Below, piece by piece: positions 59,765-64,000 of a DNA stretch of 64,000 bases (position 1 is its first letter; the number at the start of each line of letters is the position of its first letter). The DNA comes from a virus. The stretch is from the IMG/VR virus record IMGVR_UViG_3300043478_000034. The stretch is one strand, 5' to 3'. Both the position numbers and the translations under genes were made by a program. The notes under the pieces are model-generated. The model did no database searches. It saw nothing but the letters and a program-made list of their open reading frames with translations, and had not been told where the DNA came from.

Positions 59765-61593
59765 TGCGTTATCTCCAGTGTCTCGGCTATTAGTTCCAAC
59801 CACCGTGACTCCAGTACCTGGGGTACCTGTACCTCGCGCCCCTTCTTGGTAATGTACGGGACAAAGTATAACCCACCCTTGGCACGGGTGAGCATGACGT
59901 TGAGGACGTTGGACTCCTGCATGGTGTCTTCGTCGTTGCGGCCAGCGACACCCAGGCGATCAGGGCGCAGCAGTACCAGTCTGTTATCACTGGTCTCGAC
60001 CTCTAGCCCCTTGAACTTGTGGCCAGTACTTAGTGTCACCTTGCCGTTGCGTGCGCCATCCCCGAAGACAAAGCGTATTGTATTCTTGATCTTACCTGCG
60101 TCCATGCCCTCCATTGCCAGGACATTGAGACAGTCAAACTGATCCTGCAATGCGGCCAGCCGACGCTCGGCATCATCCCCCTCCATGAGCAGTGGCTTGC
60201 GCTTGGCTAGGTACCAGTCGCGCAGCGACAGGCCAAACGACGAGGCATCCCCGGCCCAGTCCTTGCCGTTGACCTCGTCAACCAAGTCGCACAGCTTGTC
60301 ACCTATATCCCTGCCCTTGATCATGCAGGGGATGGACTTAGACAGTAACCTGTATGCTAGTGCAACCAAGTCGGCGTTGTTGCGGCAGAGCACCACGTCA
60401 CCGGGCTTGAGCCATGCGATTAGCTCAGTGTCCTGCACTACGCCCAGCCCACCCTTGGCAGTACCGGGCAGGCATTCGAAGTCTGGCACGATGGCCTGTG
60501 TCAACCGCACCACCATCTCGGAACAGCGGCGAGTCTGTGTCAGTGGCAGGACAGTCAAGCCCCGGTCATCTGTGCCACGTAGCAGTACCTCCCCGTTGTC
60601 CATGGCCTTGGTGTCTGCGCCACGGAATCCGAAGATGGCCTGTCTCTCGTCACCTACCACCACCACCCGTGCCCCTGCCAGTACTAACTTCCTCACCATC
60701 TCGGCCTGGGGTTGGTTGGTATCCTGGTACTCATCGACGAATACGAGTGATGGTGCAGTGGTCAACTCGGCATGTGTCTCGGCCTGCCACCAGAGTTGGT
60801 CATCGAACCCTATGCCCCACTTGCGTAGATCCAGTGACATCTCCAGCAGGTAATCCAATGCCCCGCATACCTGGGACAGGGTGCCGTTGTCCAGTGTCAC
60901 ATCGTACCGGTCACACAGGGCCTTGACATTCTCCTCGGTGGGGGTGCGCCACTCGTTCTTGCAGTACCCGAGTAACCGCCGCAGGTTGACACGCATCTTG
61001 CGTACCCGTGCCTTGGTGAGTTGGTCGTCGTTGGTGTTGGCCTTGATACCCAGTGCATCGAGCATGGCCCATATACCGCCAGCGTTGGACTTGCCTAGCT
61101 CGATGAGGCGTCCGATGTCCCGGCCCTCGATGCCATTGTCTCTCATAAACTCAATGCCAAGCTGGTGGTAGGACAGGGCACTATAGCTGGGGGCTTGACG
61201 TCCCATTGCCCTGGCAAGCAGGACGAGCCAAGCGATGCACTCGTTAATGAGTGTGGTTTTCCCCGTCCCTGCCCGTGCCCGTACCATTATGTGGCGGCGG
61301 TTAGTTACTAACTCCCGGAGTACTGCGAGTTGTTGGCCAGTGAGTTGTAGGCGTGGCTGGTCCATGAGGGTGAGCAACTTCTCACGTTCCTCGTCACGTG
61401 CGTCTGCGCCGAATGCCACGTAGCGGATACTGGTGATGGTGGGTATAGATGGGTGCATGTCCACCAGCAGTGATGCCAGCATGTTCTCATGCCATACGCT
61501 GTCGGTCCCGCGACCCTCAAGCTCCGCCGAGCGGTCAGCCGTTCGATCAGTTGTGATTGGTTGTTGTCTCTTGTTGTTTAGTTTCAATGCCAT
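59761..61593 (-). CDS. UvrD/Rep/PcrA-type SF1 DNA helicase
   Basis: 610 aa. Motif I ARAGTGKTT. Motif II VFVDEYQDTN. Motif III VVGDERQAIFGFRGAD. Motif V TGHKFKGLE. Motif VI VMLTRAKGGLYFV. Confidence 0.8.
   Translation of the reverse strand: MALKLNNKRQQPITTDRTADRSAELEGRGTDSVWHENMLASLLVDMHPSIPTITSIRYVAFGADARDEEREKLLTLMDQPRLQLTGQQLAVLRELVTNRRHIMVRARAGTGKTTLINECIAWLVLLARAMGRQAPSYSALSYHQLGIEFMRDNGIEGRDIGRLIELGKSNAGGIWAMLDALGIKANTNDDQLTKARVRKMRVNLRRLLGYCKNEWRTPTEENVKALCDRYDVTLDNGTLSQVCGALDYLLEMSLDLRKWGIGFDDQLWWQAETHAELTTAPSLVFVDEYQDTNQPQAEMVRKLVLAGARVVVVGDERQAIFGFRGADTKAMDNGEVLLRGTDDRGLTVLPLTQTRRCSEMVVRLTQAIVPDFECLPGTAKGGLGVVQDTELIAWLKPGDVVLCRNNADLVALAYRLLSKSIPCMIKGRDIGDKLCDLVDEVNGKDWAGDASSFGLSLRDWYLAKRKPLLMEGDDAERRLAALQDQFDCLNVLAMEGMDAGKIKNTIRFVFGDGARNGKVTLSTGHKFKGLEVETSDNRLVLLRPDRLGVAGRNDEDTMQESNVLNVMLTRAKGGLYFVPYITKKGREVQVPQVLESRWLELIAETLEITQ
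61300..61312. repeat. GTTAGTNACTAAC palindrome, copy 40/42 (centre T)
   Basis: In frame (LVTN) in the UvrD-like helicase, 10 codons before the Walker A motif. Confidence 0.95.
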
Positions 61594-61625
61594 AACTTAT
61601 ATACTCCCTTGCGTTTCATAATGGT

Positions 61626-61659
61626 GGTGGTACATGCGAGGTTGCCCACATGTACCACC
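61626..61659. other. 11-bp perfect stem-loop in the intergenic region upstream of the UvrD-like gene
   Basis: GGTGGTACATG - 12 nt - CATGTACCACC. Confidence 0.4.
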
Positions 61660-61703
61660 GGTGTGAACTTGCTTGTTACTGCGTAGTCCTTACCTCTATA
61701 CCC

Positions 61704-62171
61704 TCACCTCCTTCCTTTCAACAGGTTGAGGAGCAATGCGCCGACGTGGTCCTCATCAGGGGTCTCGGTCAGCGCCCAGCCTTGTCTCAGTGACAGCCCC
61801 CTGCAATCTATAGCTGGCGGGTAGTGGTCGTGGACGCTGGCCCAGAACATACCACGGTAGGTGTCGGCACGTTCCTTGGTGAGAGTACCCAACGTCTGAG
61901 CAGCGGCCTCGGCTTTGCTGCCGTCTGCGGCGAACTCATAGACAGTCTTCTGCTGGGCATGGAGCAGGTCGTAGTAGCGGGATACCAGATACAATACCCG
62001 CGTCGTCCCTTCTGGTACGGTGCCTATGAGTTTCTCGTTGTCACCTAGTGGGGTGATACCACCAGTACAATCAGGGTCGAGCGGCAGGTTGTGGCTGTCG
62101 CCCAGTACCAGTTCAAGCTCGGCCAAAAAGTTGGGCAGTACGCCCGGTGTAGTGTTCTTCATGATGATCAT
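61704..62171 (-). CDS. hypothetical protein
   Basis: Track ORF 61704..62312 trimmed to ATG 62171, 12 nt after AAAGGAG. ATGs at 62183 and 62162 are alternatives. Confidence 0.45.
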   Translation of the reverse strand: MIIMKNTTPGVLPNFLAELELVLGDSHNLPLDPDCTGGITPLGDNEKLIGTVPEGTTRVLYLVSRYYDLLHAQQKTVYEFAADGSKAEAAAQTLGTLTKERADTYRGMFWASVHDHYPPAIDCRGLSLRQGWALTETPDEDHVGALLLNLLKGRR

Positions 62172-62202
62172 TGTACCATACATCTCCTTTGGAATCAAGT
62201 AC

Positions 62203-62550
62203 TTAGCGCACCATCCGTTTCGTACACACCAGGGCATGGCCAGCGATGTAGTCACCGGGGAGTAGCCACTTGGCCACCAGTGCAGTAGCCGTGGGGTTCT
62301 CCTCCTTGCCATTCATCTTCCCTTCCTCGTCCATCCACATCAACCTACCGTCCGGCATGTCGATCATCTGCACGATGGTGGACTTCGTATGGGTGTACAG
62401 TTCCCCGATCTTGAAGTCACTGCCGTTGACTGGTTCCACGTCGGTGATCGTGCCGTCTGGGGCAATGACCTTGGCAACGGTGTCTACTGTCGCCTTGGCC
62501 AAGGGGTCAGCCATTGTTGCACTTGCGGTGCGTCGATTTGTTTTTTCCAT
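62203..62550 (-). CDS. hypothetical protein (DUF3846-like, from memory)
   Basis: 115 aa. The ATG is preceded by CAAGGAGAACAGATCGT. The pattern ...MWMDEEGKMNGKEENPTAT...DYIAGHALVC is the basis for the family guess. Confidence 0.55.
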   Translation of the reverse strand: MEKTNRRTASATMADPLAKATVDTVAKVIAPDGTITDVEPVNGSDFKIGELYTHTKSTIVQMIDMPDGRLMWMDEEGKMNGKEENPTATALVAKWLLPGDYIAGHALVCTKRMVR

Positions 62551-62590
62551 ACGATCTGTTCTCCTTGTGATACCTAGATAGCTAGGGTTA

Positions 62591-62603
62591 GTTAGTTACT
62601 AAC
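62591..62603. repeat. GTTAGTNACTAAC palindrome, copy 41/42 (centre T)
   Basis: Contains the TAA stop of 62592..63800. 40 nt before ATG 62550. Confidence 0.95.
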
Positions 62604-63800
62604 TGCGCCGCTGGTGGTATCCAGTATGGGCCGCAGTTCATCAGCCAGGATGTCATTCTCCCTGGCGTCCATCTTGCGTAGCCGTAGTGCGTGCTCCATG
62701 AACACTGGCCTGAACTCCTCAATGGTGGTACGCAGTAGAGTATGACACCCTATGATGACCTTGTCCATGTCGATGAGTTGCAATTGGTACGGTCCAATCT
62801 GTGGGCCAGGGTTGTCGTAGCTGTAGAGCAGGTCTACCCCATTGGCCCAGATGCGGTCGCACATTTGCAGCAGCCGTGCCGCTGCCCGGATACCTATGCG
62901 TGCGCCACGTGATGTCTCGACCTCGTTACCCACCACTCGTAGATAGGTAGTGGCACTGGCCTGGGTGAGTACCCATTGTGGCACCGTACTACTGTATGGC
63001 ATGGCACTGTTGGACCCGGCCTTCCACTGCTGGATGAGTTCGGCAATGCGTTCCGGTGTCCAATGTTCCTTCTCTTTCTCCTCGCGTGCCACCCGTTCGG
63101 CATCCCGTTGCCTGCGCCGCCGCTGCTGTTCCTCCCATGAGACATGCCCGAATGCGCCGTGCTTGGCAACCCGGTCATTGTCAATCACCTCCCATCTATC
63201 GCTATAGACCTTGGCTACTTCCATCTCGCTGTCGGTCCACCTGCTGGCGAGCAAGGCGGTACGACAGGTGGACAGTTCCACTACTGTGCCATTAGCCAGC
63301 GTGTCCAGCCTAGCCAGTATCTGGGCACGCTCCTCCACCTCGGCTTGGTGAGTGACCATGGCCCGGTGACGGCGTGCCTTCATGCGTGCCAGCGCCTTGT
63401 CATCCCGCCCACAGTAGCCCCAGTGGGCAGTGAAACGGGCGGCTAGGTTACGTAACGTGGCGGTGTCGTCGTCCCTGTCTACCCATTGCATGTTGTAGCC
63501 CATGATGTGCTTGGATATACGCACTGCATGATGCTGGTCAGTGGGCATACCACGGTGGATCTCATTGACAATCCGGTACGGGCTGGACCGTGACCCGCGT
63601 GGGGTATCAATGCCGTCGGCGTGGAGTGTGATTAGTACCCCACCTATAGTCAGATGCACCCCTACTACCGAGCCATCGTATAGCAGTACCTTGCCATCGC
63701 GAGTAGTGGATAGGTTGGATGCATGTTTGTCACCAGTTTCAGTGGTTACCGCACGGTTACACCACCGATGGACCAAGTCAGACTGAGTTAGTTTTGCCAT
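62592..63800 (-). CDS. hypothetical protein (402 aa)
   Basis: TGGAGG SD. The TAA stop lies inside a palindrome copy. No motif was recognised. Confidence 0.6.
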   Translation of the reverse strand: MAKLTQSDLVHRWCNRAVTTETGDKHASNLSTTRDGKVLLYDGSVVGVHLTIGGVLITLHADGIDTPRGSRSSPYRIVNEIHRGMPTDQHHAVRISKHIMGYNMQWVDRDDDTATLRNLAARFTAHWGYCGRDDKALARMKARRHRAMVTHQAEVEERAQILARLDTLANGTVVELSTCRTALLASRWTDSEMEVAKVYSDRWEVIDNDRVAKHGAFGHVSWEEQQRRRRQRDAERVAREEKEKEHWTPERIAELIQQWKAGSNSAMPYSSTVPQWVLTQASATTYLRVVGNEVETSRGARIGIRAAARLLQMCDRIWANGVDLLYSYDNPGPQIGPYQLQLIDMDKVIIGCHTLLRTTIEEFRPVFMEHALRLRKMDARENDILADELRPILDTTSGAVSN

Positions 63801-63834
63801 GTTGTCTGAACCTCCAGCACACTGGATAGGTAGC

Positions 63835-63847
63835 GTTAGTGACTAAC
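63835..63847. repeat. GTTAGTNACTAAC palindrome, copy 42/42 (centre G)
   Basis: 34 nt before ATG 63800. Flanked by CTGGATAG / CTATCCAG arms. Confidence 0.95.
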
Positions 63848-63881
63848 TATCCAGGTACTGACTGCTCAGTTTACTGCATGT

Positions 63882-64000
63882 CTATCCCATGTTGTATGGC
63901 CGGGGTGCAAAGTAGGTGAGGATCTCTATGCCATTGCCTACCAGCGTCACATCCAGCCCCGCAAGGTTACTCGTCTCCTGCCGCGAGTTGAAGCAGTACT
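63882..64000 (-). CDS. hypothetical protein (C-terminal part; continues past the right edge)
   Basis: Open frame from the right edge to TAG 63882-63884 (...LVGNGIEILTYFAPRPYNMG). Confidence 0.35.
   Translation of the reverse strand, partial: YCFNSRQETSNLAGLDVTLVGNGIEILTYFAPRPYNMG

Noticed and set aside
1528-63847. The 13-bp palindrome interpreted as a set of rho-independent terminators, or as restriction sites.
   Set aside because: The RNA stem could be at most 5 bp with a 3-nt loop. No U-run follows it. Many copies lie inside operons or inside genes. At 12 specified bases it is far longer than typical type II recognition sites.

Overview
This 64-kb window looks like most of a GC-rich tailed dsDNA phage or prophage genome. 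Two gene arms diverge from a ~2-kb ORF-poor control region (2646-4632) and converge near 41.5 kb. The rightward arm (+ strand, 4633-41477) starts with a recombinase-like gene and two HTH genes. It then carries the virion module: a 1592-aa collagen-like tail fibre, small and large terminase, portal, scaffold, major capsid and several large structural proteins. The arm continues with a 953-aa fibre built from three tandem ~165-aa repeats and three large putative internal/ejection proteins, one of them 2294 aa. It ends with a PEP-CTERM moron. The leftward arm (- strand, 64000->41623 and 2645->1) is a replication/recombination module. It holds an SF1 UvrD-like helicase, a ParB-like protein, an XPD/DinG-like Fe-S helicase, a RecB/Cas4-like nuclease, a RecA-like ATPase and an ERCC4 nuclease. 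It also carries a family-A DNA polymerase split into a UDG+exonuclease gene and a separate polymerase gene, a macro-like protein, several HTH proteins and many small ORFs. I saw no rRNA, CRISPR array, transposase or reverse transcriptase. The most striking signal is 42 perfect copies of the 13-bp palindrome GTTAGTNACTAAC. It sits at most gene junctions, often supplies the upstream stop codon, and reads L-V-T-N whenever it falls inside a gene. Other signals are a sigma70-like promoter family sharing an inverted repeat, a highly conserved translation-initiation block, an iteron-like array in the control region, and a 126-nt tRNA-like RNA with no recognisable anticodon arm. All product calls come from reading motifs by eye. 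No database search was run.
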